Part shown: piece after piece, positions 1 to 11,585 of the stretch
Layout of the letters: every line of letters begins with the position of its first letter
Position numbering within the stretch: the first letter of the stretch is position 1
NCBI GenBank assembly: GCA_964247055.1
Contig: OZ176056.1
Location: 6,820,001 to 6,853,000, forward strand
Direction: 5' to 3'
Length of the DNA: 33,000 bases
Source of the DNA: Paragordius varius
Taxonomy: Eukaryota; Animalia; Nematomorpha
The notes under the pieces: model-generated
Database searches by the model: none
Told to the model about the DNA's origin: nothing
The model's input: only the letters and a program-made list of their open reading frames with translations
Translations under genes and position numbers: made by a program

Positions 1-424
1 ATAAATTATCATTTGCTGCCATAGTATAATATGGCTTATACTTTCAATTTTGAATATATTGGGTTTAACAAATATTCTTATATAAAAAAATTTTAGCATA
101 GGAACTCTTTTTATCATATTTATACTACTCTTGATCTAAATGAGAAATTTACAGGGAAGGGTAATTAAATAAAAATATTAGTCCTTGTATACATATTAAT
201 TATCATGTGTAACGACAATCGCTTTAACAATCATTTATATATTTTAATGTTTTCTACATTTTAGAAGTTACTAGAAATATTATCTAAATTATATCTATCT
301 AAAACTAACGACACCTCAAATATTGGGTAAACACATAAATAATAAATTAAAACATCAATATAAATTGTGTTTGAAACAGCATATAAAATTTTAAACAGTA
401 AACAAATTCAGTAAAATTATCCGT

Positions 425-830
425 TTATACCGAGAAAATTTGGCGGTTTATGAGTATCTAAACTCGATTTTACTTTAACAAAACAGTTACAGTCGAAATT
501 ACAGTGCCTACTAGGCTACAATCATATCATTAACAAATAATAAATCCATTTTATTATCAATCAAGCTCTCACCTTTGCTCCTTATATACCGAGAAAATTT
601 GGCGGTTTATAAGTATCGGTATATAGTCGAGTTTAGTTAAACGTTTAAATTACAGTGTATACCCTGTTAAAATCATCTCTTAAGAGTTAGCAAATCGATG
701 ATTTCATTATCAATCACCCTCTCACTTTGGCTCCTTATATACTGAGAAAATTTGGCGGTTTATGAGTACCGGTATAAAGTCGAGCTTTATTAACTGATCA
801 GATAATGATATTAAAATTACAGTGCATACC
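425..830. repeat. Three-copy tandem repeat, period ~153-159 bp
   Basis: Core tac(c/t)gagaaaatttggcggtttat(g/a)agta at ~428, ~587 and ~740, plus shared aaattacagtg and atcaatca..ctctcac..gctccttatat blocks. Confidence 0.8.
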
Positions 831-1337
831 CTGCTAATCTTAAATACCTAATAAAAGATAAAGCTAGCACCTCCCTTACATAATTAATCAAGTATTTTAC
901 TACCATTTCCTTATCAAATTATGGCTACTAAGAGTATTGGTATAGGGTCTAAGCATATAGCACTGAGTTCGTCTTATTTTTATGGATTTATGAAAATTGT
1001 TTCGAAGTATTTTTCACCACCACACATATTAACTCTCGGTGTTTCATCTAACTATGCCCATATCAATATATCATCATTTTGTGATGACGAGATTTATGAG
1101 AAGAAAATATTTAGCAAAGAGGTTTATTATATAGTTTAATTGATAAAAATTATTTATTTCTATAGAAATAATTATTGCAAAAATAATATTTATTGATAAA
1201 TTTATTAGTATGCTTTGTGATGAAACCGAGATTAAATTTAAGCCGTGAGTCCCAAAAAAACTATTATAAAATCAACTGTGCTAGTAAATCAAATATATAA
1301 TATTAAATGAAATAAAAGCTAAACTTTAAACAAAGTA

Positions 1338-1608
1338 CAGTAAAAATTGAAATTATACGGACAAAACGTTAAAATTTAAAGACAAATATTTTTTTCTAAA
1401 TGACCATACTTTTTTATTTATTTGAATAAAACTTAACGTTTGAAATTGCAGAGTATGATGAGATTTATATTGGTACTACAATCAATTATATAATTTATAA
1501 ATTAATATTTTTAGGAAAAATTAAGGTATAAAAAGTATGGTTGTCTTTTGATAAAAATATTTATCTTTATATTTTTTGGATTTGTCCATATAATATCTAT
1601 TTTTACTC
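1338..1608. mobile_element. MITE family A (Tc1/mariner-like, TA-flanked)
   Basis: TA|cagtaaaaattgaaattatacggacaaa ... tttgtccatataatatctatttttactc|TA. Related copies at 15870 and 28140, partial copy at ~2712. Confidence 0.75.
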
Positions 1609-1785
1609 TATTTTAGTTTTTTTATATAATAAAATGATTTTTAATATCACAACAAGCCTGCTATTTATTTAAACGGGAGTTTCCGAATTCGGTATGTGTA
1701 ATATAATACTAGGTTAATATTCGGCCAGCTATATAAAATATGGGGCAATTTACACAGTTAATTTTTTTTGTTAATTTGAGATATA

Positions 1786-2071
1786 CCATTTACATCTAAT
1801 TCCCCCTTGAACAATTCAATTTCACCCTAAAAATAAACTATACGTTTTCGGGCTAATATAACTCATTATTAATATGGCATAGTTTATTATTTTTTCAGTA
1901 TTAATTTTATAAACGAAATTTCATTTTTTAAAAATATACAAAAATATGGGTAATTTTTATTCTTAAAAAACACATAATTTATTTTAGGGGGAATTTGAAT
2001 CGTTCGAGGGTGAATTGGAATGTTCAAGGGTGAATTTGAATTGTTTAAGGGTGGATTTGAATTGTAAATGG
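1786..2071. mobile_element. MITE family B (ccatttaca...tgtaaatgg, TA-flanked)
   Basis: Terminal inverted repeats with subterminal ttcaccct/agggtgaa repeats; four copies in the window. Confidence 0.8.
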
Positions 2072-2711
2072 TTTATTAGCCATGCTTAAATTAATTTATA
2101 ATAGTTTTTTTCCCGTTCGTTGAAAATTTATGAAAAGATAATTGCAAAAACCAAACTGTTTCAGTAATATTCAATATATAAGGTTTATATATGAAAGAAT
2201 TCATATTACTTTTTACTACAGTTTCGAAAATCAAAAATTATAAACTTTGGTATATGTTGCCATATAAAGCCACCTACGAAAAAAATCGGGTGCATAAAAC
2301 ACAGTTTAAATAATTAAAAATTTTTGCAAGGCGAATAAATAAATACTATTTTAAGTAAATAAACGCTTATTAAAGTGTCTAATTTTTATTAAATGTATAA
2401 TTATTATCATTAAAATAATATTTCCCAAAGGATACAAAAATACGTATTTATAAATCTTAATTTTTTATACCGTAAAAAAATAATTGATGCCAACCACATA
2501 ATCACAAAAACGGGTGCTATAAAAAATCAGGTTAAAATGTGCTTAGAAAAAATTAGAATTTATACTTTTAATTTTGGGCTTTAGTCATTTGAAAAATAAA
2601 CTTTTGACTTTTTTGGTAACTGCGCCAAATCTAAATTCTCAAAATTGGCCCCATAGTAAATAAAATTTTTGGTTGGCACTAAACAATTCTTTCCGAAAAT
2701 TTATTAAATAG

Positions 2712-2790
2712 GGTAAAAACTAAAATTACAGACAAAACGTAAAAACATAAAGACAAATATTCTTTCATAGAAAACGCGTACTTATTGGAA
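2712..2790. mobile_element. MITE family A, partial left end
   Basis: gtaaaaactaaaattacagacaaaacgtaaaaacataaagacaaatat resembles the left arm of the 1338 copy. Confidence 0.5.
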
Positions 2791-3685
2791 TCTAAATATT
2801 TTTTACATAAATTAATTACATTGTTAAATTGTTATATTCAGGAGTGTATTGAATTTTTCAGGGCTCTGGGTTTAAATGATATATGTGGATATAATATCCA
2901 ACGTATAAATAAATATTTGTATGGATGTGTTGATAAAAATGAGGTCGTGCAATAATGATCTAACTTATCCATAGATTGCAATTTTTAAATTTTTGAGTTC
3001 TGCCAAGGTTGTATTGGTTCTCTATAGAAAATTGTCTATCTACATTTTAAGACTGACCTTGCCCAACATCTAGGACTTTTCCAGTGAGTATGGTAATGTT
3101 GCCAAAGTCAGGTAGTATGGTGCGGATGGACATGCAAGGACATTTCAGAATGAATGATTTCATTTAAAGTTGTATGACCATTTTATTTGAAGAATTTTTC
3201 TCCTAATTTAAAAGAATTCATTATCCCTTTGTCAGATATTTTAGGGTCCATCCTTCACACCCTTTAAAAAATCTATGGAAAATTGGCAAGACGCAGACAT
3301 CATGGGATTTTCAAATTTTATGCGATAAAAATTCCTCGTTTGATCTGAGGAGTACAATATTATCGTCACGCATTAAAGTTTTGAGGGATGTGTAGTTTTT
3401 TACGATAGCTATAAATTGCACGTTGATTTTTACTGAATAATCGCCAACTTTCAAATCAATTTGCAATATTTTTGTTTTTGAGATATTTATGTGTAGACCA
3501 TATTTTTGACACTCATTTAAATGTTGCGATATTAGCGATAATGAGTTTGGGTTACTGAAAAAACCGTAATTTGCATATAGAAGTTAGATCATAACCTTCG
3601 ACGTGCTAGCCGACGTATCGGGTAAGTTTCTCATTGATATTTAAATAGATTGGAAACACAGCCTTGAGATAACACCATATTCACC

Positions 3686-6255
3686 CATTGGCGTACCGAA
3701 CATTTTGGGCGCCCGGGGCATACAACTTTTATGGCGATCCCCCCCCCCCCCCCTTCTTTTTTTAAAGCCAATAAAACATTGCAACCTAACCATAGATATG
3801 ACAGACAGTCATATATATATTAAATCTCTAATATATATATAAAACTAAATTTATTCATATTCAAATACATACATGTAAATATTCTAATAAATTCTATAAT
3901 ATGGTAATTTATATAAAAATAGTATTTCGTTGCATATATTGAATTGATCTTATGATAATGGCGAACAATAATGATAAAGAAATAATTGTAAATCTAGGCG
4001 AATTTGACTATACAGTTTTTAACGGAATTAAATTTTATGACAATTTATGTATATGTTAAAATTAATTTCTTTGCTGAATGACCTTTCACTACTAGAGAAT
4101 GACGTTGAAATAGTTAAAAGTGTTTGCGTGCAACCCTTAAATTAGGAAACACATCTTCGCCGTATGAAATTATAGAGGTTAAGAGTTCTAACGGAATTTT
4201 AATTCGAGATCTTTTCGACTTTGGAGTAACATCTTACAATCACAAATTTCTATAAAAAGATCTGTTCCATTAAAATCTGTATTGTAAAATTCGCCTTTAG
4301 ATTTGCAATTATTTTTTAAATCATTATTGTTATTGTTTTTTCAATAATTTTTCAAACTGAGTTACAACCTTTAGTAAAGCTAAGAGGTTTCCAGGATTTG
4401 GTGCTGAGGCATTTAGTTACATTAACTTTCAACATGTCCTCGATAAGGAATTTGGGTGATTGAAAATTTTATGCAGGCCAATATTCGATGTAAAATATTT
4501 CGCTATCGATCCTTTTCCGATTATGTGGCTTCTAGAGCAGAATCAATTCCTGTTTTAATTATTAATCTTCCTTCTGCCTCTTTCCAAGTAGTAGATGCTT
4601 TCCGAAGATTGAGGCTATTTTCATTATATATAAATTTATCCTTTTTCCTCTATTAAAACCATGCGTAGTTATAAAAGATGATGGTAAAGAATTAGATCGT
4701 TCAAAAAGTGGGCAATAAAAACAATATGCAAATCTGTTCTGGTGAAATTAAATTCAAATCATTCTTTTTTACCGATATGTCCAAACCAAGATTGTGGCGT
4801 TGGAAGATGATTTTTTGTTTAAAGAAATTGCATTTTTAAAATCCTTGAGACAAATAATTATTTCTGTGCGAAGTTGATTAGATATTACGGGAATAAAGTG
4901 TTAATAAAAAATTTTAAAAAGGCAACATCAATAAACTCTAAGGGGATAGCACTTGGAATTACTAATGGTATATTTGTAGTTTTATCATCTCTATTTATTG
5001 ATTTAATAACTAGGGTTTCAGGTGTATTAAGTTATTATTATTAAGTGGGACCGTTATGGTGGAGTCGTATAAATTTTTTACTTTATGGTCAGATATTTTC
5101 GTTAAATATGATTTCAAACTCATTCGCATTTTATATGTATTATGCTCTTCCCGGAATTCACGTTTCCTATTTGCATAACCGCTGAGTTTAGGCATTGATA
5201 TCTGATGAAAGTGAAAGTAATTATAAAAAACAATATTAATAACAAAACCTACCTTGTTAGAGATGGAATGATCTTGGGGATTTAAATAAATAAAATTGGG
5301 TTTTCAAATTGAATATGATTAACACTTTGATACAACACATTATTTCGTCCTTCGATTTAAATTAGGGTAGTTTTATATCCCATGCCTGTTTAAATTTATA
5401 TATTTAAAAAATATGAATGGAATCGAAACCATGGCAAAATTTCGCACCCATATAACATTAAGGAATCGAAATATATAAAAAAAATTATTCAAAAATACTT
5501 GATATTACTTATTTTAATGTACCCAAAGGAAAAAATTTATCAACGTAACATATGTGAATTTGCTAACTTGAAAAATAATACAAAAAAAACCTCTTTTTTT
5601 ATTTCTATCAATGTTAAAAATTTAAATAAAAAATTAGCTTTGATTTTAATGTTAGAATCAAATAAACACGATATTTTGCGAAAATTTTGTAAAATAAAAT
5701 GGCTTCGTAGTAGTTTGAAATGGAACTTTTCAAAACAAAATTTTATTTAGTTATTTAGGCTTTTTTATATAAATTTTATTAGGATAGAAGCAGACATTTA
5801 AATTGGGACCGTTTCCTTCAGTAGTTTTTAAAAATGTTAATTTAAATTTAGTGGTATTTAGATACCCCAATTTAAATCTGAGGGTTAAAAAAAATCCAAT
5901 TAAAAATTATAAAAATAAGAGATAAGGTTTTGAACAGAGAGAAAAGTTAAAATAATTTAATTAAAGGTATTAAAAGAATTAACAATATGTCCGTGATAAA
6001 GAAACTTTTTTAAGTAAAAAAAATAGTTTGCACATGTTTTAGGGAATACCTACATGAAAGTTGTTTTTTGCATAATTGCTCTTGATCTCATTGATATATT
6101 TATATTTTAGGGATTATTACGTAAATTGCTGAAAAATCTTACTTGAAAGTTGTTATTATTTTTGCATAAAATAAATTTAATTAAAAAAATATTTAGGCGT
6201 CCCTAAATAACGGGGGCATGATGCACCCGCTTGCCACCCCATCGGTACGCCACTG
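3686..6255 (-). mobile_element. Internally deleted hAT transposon (ZMYM1/TTF-zinc-finger type)
   Basis: 14-bp TIRs cattggcgtaccga (3686-3699) and tcggtacgccactg (6242-6255), 13/14 match, with GC-rich subterminal tracts and a degenerate transposase inside. No clean 8-bp TSD. Confidence 0.8.
3990..5195 (-). pseudogene. Degenerate hAT transposase
   Basis: Minus-strand fragments broken by stops and frameshifts: N-terminal MPKLSGYANRKRE, TTF-type finger FAYCFYCPLF (~4704-4733), YRGH..PNPGNLLALLK (~4370-4450), and C-terminal dimerisation-domain FPNLRVA..SSSERSFSK (~4060-4160). Most of the catalytic core appears deleted. Confidence 0.75.
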
Positions 6256-6316
6256 ATTAATCTCAATACCTAATTTATTTGGGAAACAATTTAGTTCCAT
6301 ATGTGTACTTTTATAA

Positions 6317-9300
6317 ATGTCAACTGTAACACACATGAGCCACTTTGAATCAAGCGGAGACAATTTTAAGCACCATAATGAGGTTTTATCAAATAAAATA
6401 TCCGATTTTTGTGAATTTGCTCAATCAGATAAGCTTAGCCTTGAAAATTACAATCAGTTTATTTTATCAATCATATCAGCTAAAGAATTATACACATTTT
6501 TTCCCATCTTAAATATAAAAAATGTGATAACTTTGGGTAATACCAATGATCTAAAACCATACTTTAATCTCTTACAAATATTTGCTTTTAAGGATTATGC
6601 CTACTATTTAGGTTAATTTTTTATTTATGTATAGAAAATAAAGAGGGCCTTAACCTCCCATTACTTGATAATGTTCAAACTCACAAATTGCAATTACTTA
6701 GTTTGTTAACATTTGCAAAATTTAACAAAGTACATATTTTTTTATATTTTTCAGACGTTTTCTTTGACATCTCTACAAAATTATTTGAGACTAACTCACC
6801 CAAATGATGTAGAACATTTATGTACCCATGCCATAGAATTAGGTCTTTTGCAAGGAAAAATTGATCAAATTTCACAAATTGTCACAATATCTTGGGCTCA
6901 AAGCCGTGATATTGTGTTTTTTCCTAATGAAAACTATACTAATTCTGAAACCGTCCCCACATTAAATATTCCAGAAAATTCCGAATCTCATGAATATTTA
7001 ACACCCCCAACTATGCCAGATATTTTAAACAAGCTTGAAAATTGGTGCGTAATTGATAGTATTTGATAATATAATACAGAACATCTTTTTTTTTATAAAA
7101 TCAGTAACGATCGAAAATATTAATTTGGATTAAGCGTTGTTCTCTTTACGATAATATGTTTTAATATTATTTAAATTTCTTCTGATATTCCAACGATATC
7201 AGGCCATTTACTAAATTCCAATTTATAGCTTTTTCGGTGCATTGATTTTAAAAATATTTTATTAAATTTTCATTTTAAACTACTTTTACCGCCAAATAAT
7301 TTCCATCTTTTTTGAAATAGTACTTGCAAATCATGTTCATTTTATAGCCTCTTTTGTTCAACAGTAAGGAGTTAAATTGTATTTAGAGTACTTTTTGGGG
7401 TAGTTGTATATCCTAGAGTGTAAAATTTAAATATCTTAAAAAGTAATTAAAGTAAATGTTTTTTAGTCTTGTCTATAGTGATGAAAAGTAAATTATGTTG
7501 TTTAAATACGTCGCTAGAAGAGAATATTTTCTATAAGACATTAGGAATTACTTTAAAAGTAACTTATATACCTGAATGTATAATAGTTACTTCATATGAT
7601 TATCAATATTATATAAAGGTGTATTAATAATGGGTAGAATAGTATTTTATTTTAAATTTTCGTTTCCATCTTTAATGTCCCGCTTTATCGCCTATCTAAA
7701 AAGAAAAATTATGAAAAGAACATATAGGAGATTAAAATTTAGATAATGTTTGTTTTTACATTGTTTAGTATAACATAAATGTTTAAGTTTTAGATATTTT
7801 TACTTTTGAGAAAATACTGAGTACGATATTAACCGAAAAGCTTATTTTTTATTACTTCTCAGGAAATAACCAAAAAGGATAAGAAAATAAACTGGAAATT
7901 CACATGCTACAACCCAAATTTTTATTTAAATTAATTACCTATTTTATTACTCACACCTTTTCATCATATTCAATTGAACTTTACACTTTTTTTTACTTTT
8001 TATTGGCTCAAAAATATATACCACGTGTATATTACTAAATAAAATTAAATGGTTGATTAAATTTTTAAATTAAATACTCCTGATTGTGGGAAAATTTGTG
8101 ATATTTATTAAATAATTTTTTTACCATAATATTAGCGACATATTTACCAAATTAATATAAATATAATGTTGAAATTATAATTAATCAAATATAATTTTAA
8201 AATATTTTCATTACAATATAAACCCCTTCAAAATTCACCCAATTATTAATATATAAAAAACTTTTGTAATGTTGATTAAAATTAATCTTATGTTTAATAT
8301 GACATAAAGGTAAACAAAAATTATTAAATATCCATTTTTATTAGAAAGCGTTTTTTTGATGTATGATAAATGTTTATTTTAACACTATTTTAATTAATTA
8401 TTAAATTTAATTATATAATATATCATTCAAATTTATCTTGCATTAGGTATGAAAATAATGCTATACTTGTCGATATCCTTGAACGTGAAATCAGGCAACT
8501 GCATGAGAAAAGGATTGAGAAACAACAAATTCAAAAACTTAAAGTATTTTCCAATTTTTTATTTTTTTTTTTAATCTTTCCATTTTTTGCATATATTTTG
8601 CTAAAAAATATTATTTTGTCGTAAGATGGATTACCTCAAAAAACTTGAGGAAAAATGTAGTAATTCAGATATCCTGAGTCCAGAACGTAACATGACGACA
8701 GTCATGTCAAATAATGGGACATCCACCAATAATTTTTTGCTTGATACAAAAAACGTTATGAATAATGTCTATCCCAAAAATATGATAATGTTTAATCACC
8801 TAAATAACAGTATTAATCCAAATTCCAACAACCTTATCTCAAGCAATAGTGGGTATCAAAAAGATTTTACCAATCAAACACATAATCCTTTGCTTAATAA
8901 TAATAATCATAGGGAAAAATTTACGAAATTTATGTCAAATCTATTTGTAAATAATACTAATATGGTAACTAATACTAACTCACCAAACAACATAATTGAA
9001 AATGAGAAGACAAATAACTTGGAAAATAATACTATAGCACGGCAAACAGCCACCACCTCTAAAATTGTGGGAAATGATCCTATATCGGGTATTTTTATAA
9101 AGACACATAGCAAAGGCTTAAACTTTTTTTAAAGGATATTTTATTGTATGAGTTTTGACTTGATGAGTCGAGATAGGTAGGTTCTGTTAAGGTTAAACGG
9201 TCTGGTAATTTAAACATTTGCAACCAAGAGCTGTTTTTTGCATTGCAATTGTTAAATAGGATTAAATATTCAGGGCTATGAATGTTGGATAAAAAGTAAA

Positions 9301-11585
9301 ACATAAATATTATGGTATTGCTAGTTAATTCATTTTAAAATATAAACAGATGACATTACCGATGTTTGTTCCAATGTACTATTGAATTTGTGGCAAAAAT
9401 AAGAATATGTTAGATAAGTTTAGGCCATCGTCACGATTGAGTTGTGATTTATCTTTTAATATCCATATTGATTTTCTTTTTAGCCGTTTTTGGGACGTTG
9501 AATAATGTTATTAACTGTGACTTTGGGTATTTGGATATTTTAAATTATCTTACATGCATATTTGCAAAGCTCAGAATGGGTTTGTTGTTTTTAATGAATT
9601 TACTATGCTTCTTTAATTTAGTTTTATACTCGTTCGAATTCACCTATGTTTATTTAATTGCATGGGCAAGTTATTTAATTAACACAAAATTAAACTTCCA
9701 GAACTGCTCAAAAAAACTAAAGTTTGCATGATTAAAACAGCAGCTAATTAATTTAAACTAATTCAGGGCTAATATTATAGTTGATCATTAACGACAGGAG
9801 GTGTGCTCTATATTCGTTTATTTTTAGCAGTTTTATTTTGGTTTGTGGCCATCACTTACATTTTTTCTTGGATCGTTTTGTTTTATCTTTCATCCATTTT
9901 AATTACTCATGCTAATTTTATTTTACCATTTTAAGGGATATTTAATGTTGATAATCAAATTTATAATTCATAAGACATGCTAAAAGTTTGTAAATTTTAA
10001 TTATATAGGCACCTCTAGTGATAATAACATAGAGTTTTCCAATGGAATGCCTCACATTAATGGGACGGAAACGCCATCAATTTCAATGGATCAGGCTCTT
10101 GACCTGGGCGAAATCTCCACAAATATTTCAGCTGAAAACCGCCATATCAATCTTTCTAACAATTATTATAATAATGTTATTTCGGAGCCACAACCATCTG
10201 ACACCATGAATGGAAGTTCTGTGGTAAACCAAATTTATAATTGCATTTGATTAAATTTCAACAAGAATATTTTATATTTATTGTTCAAATTTTGTCACCA
10301 CGACAATATTTGAGCAAATTCACATTTTAAAGAATTTTAACATGTGATATACCATTTACAGTTTAAATTCACCCTAAAAATCAATTATGTCTTTTCGAAC
10401 TAATATAACTCCTTATTTATGGCATCGTTTATTATTTTTTCAGTATAATTTGAATTTAAAACAAAATTTTATTTTTTAAAAATATATAAAAATATAGATT
10501 ATATTTAATCTTAAAAAATATATAATTTATTTGAGAGTGAATTCGAATTGTTGGAGGGTGACTGAATTCTTTAAGGGTGAATTTTAATTGTAAATGGTAT
10601 AATTAGCTTCTTAATTTATGTAAAAAAGGAAATAATTTTTAGCGCAAAAAAACAAAATATAGTTTTTTAATATTTGTTACCTATCTTTATAATTTTTATC
10701 TCATTAGCCAAATATCACATTTAGATTATAACAATATTTTTGGATAAATCTATAAAATGGTTTTTATATTTTAATTATTGTAGACTCTTGAAACAAACGA
10801 TTTACATCTTGATTCTAATAATTTTATTAATAATAATGATAACTTGTCGACAAATTCTTGCCATACAACACCCAAAAAAAGTAATATGGTCAACAATAGC
10901 GATACTATAACATCAACTTCGCCCACAAGCCCTTGTACCTCTACAAATTTTAAGCGAGCTAATAAGCTTAAAACTAGGTTATTTATTTCAATAAAATAAT
11001 TATAAATATTTAATCATTGTTTTTATTGCCGTTTTTAATTTTTAATATTATTTTTATTGTTCAATCAATCCAAAGTCATAACGATATTTCCTTAAAATAT
11101 AATTTTGTAATACCTTAAAAATTTGCATAAATACTCGTTTCTTTAATCTGTTGTAAAAGGGTTATGGAAATTAAACTGGTGTAAATTAATTTAAATGTGG
11201 AAAAATCATTTTAATTAATAGACAACCATATATTTTACACAATTGATTAACTTTATATATAACCTATTGTTTTTGCTTGCAAAATAAGGAGTATACATAA
11301 TAGATTAAATATATTTATATTTAAAAAATTGTAGTTATATACATTATGTTAAAAATCAAAGTTTAAAAAGTATGGTATTGGGTATTTTTTAAAACATTTA
11401 TCGTATTATTTTATTATAAGTTTTGTTTCATAATTTTTATTGTAATATTGATGTATGTTAAAATTAATTGTTTTTATTGAATTTTACATATATATTTTAT
11501 ATTTAGTTTGAAAGACAGTGCTACCAAATTATTTCAGAAAAGCCCATCCTTGAATACATCCCCCAATTCAACAACCGAAAAATAA
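6317..11585 (+). CDS. COPS7: COP9 signalosome subunit 7 (PCI domain), 8 exons, ~575 aa, with long Asn/Ser/Thr-rich insertion
   Basis: Exons 6317-6611, 6635-6729, 6755-7044, 8447-8543, 8626-9088, 10009-10223, 10784-10977, 11507-11585. All introns are GT..AG with consistent phases; total 1728 nt = 576 codons ending TAA. The spliced peptide ...PYFNLLQIFAFKDYAYYLENKEGLNLPLLDNVQTHKLQLLSLLTFAKFNKTFSLTSLQNYL...LLQGKIDQISQIVTISWAQSRDI...LNKLENWYENNAILVDILEREI...KLKMDYLKK matches CSN7 motifs as I recall them (LLxxFAYGTYxDY, LPxL, KLxxLS, GxLDQ, GRDI, LxEW + coiled coil). Exons 1-4 are homology-supported; exons 5-8 rest on phase and splice signals plus a C-terminal SLKDSATKLFQKS resembling the CSN7 tail. 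Confidence 0.88.
6612..6634 (+). other. 23-nt spliceosomal intron 1 of CSN7
   Basis: gttaattttttatttatgtatag. Retention gives an in-frame TAA; removal restores YYL-ENKEGLNLP continuity. Confidence 0.85.
6730..6754 (+). other. 25-nt spliceosomal intron 2 of CSN7
   Basis: gtacata, then a T-rich tract, ending tttttcag. Removal joins FAKFNK to TFSLTSLQNYL in frame. Confidence 0.85.
10352..10597. mobile_element. MITE family B (CSN7 intron 6)
   Basis: TA|ccatttaca ... tgtaaatgg|TA; internal sequence homologous to the 1786 copy. Confidence 0.8.

Noticed and set aside
425-830. CRISPR-like repeat-spacer array
   Set aside because: Eukaryotic context, ~155-bp period, intervening sequences homologous to each other, no cas genes.
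921-1139. 72-aa ORF
   Set aside because: No recognisable motif or splice context; consistent with a chance ORF in AT-rich DNA.
2900-3250. Slightly GC-richer stretch, possible exon or retroelement piece
   Set aside because: The frames I translated contain stops and show no recognisable motif.
5202-5218. ctgatga..gaaa hammerhead-like core
   Set aside because: No stem II or flanking helices can form.
6612-6754. Frameshifted pseudogene, programmed frameshift or stop-codon reassignment instead of introns
   Set aside because: Both segments have GT..AG ends and T-rich composition, and excision restores collinearity with CSN7. Retaining both (48 nt) still leaves a TAA and puts exon 2 out of frame. 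All modelled genes end in ordinary TAA/TAG.
9444-9731. 95-aa hydrophobic ORF in CSN7 intron 5
   Set aside because: T-rich chance ORF. The opposite strand has only faint Tc1-HTH-like traces (IPKVTVNNIIQR), too weak to call.
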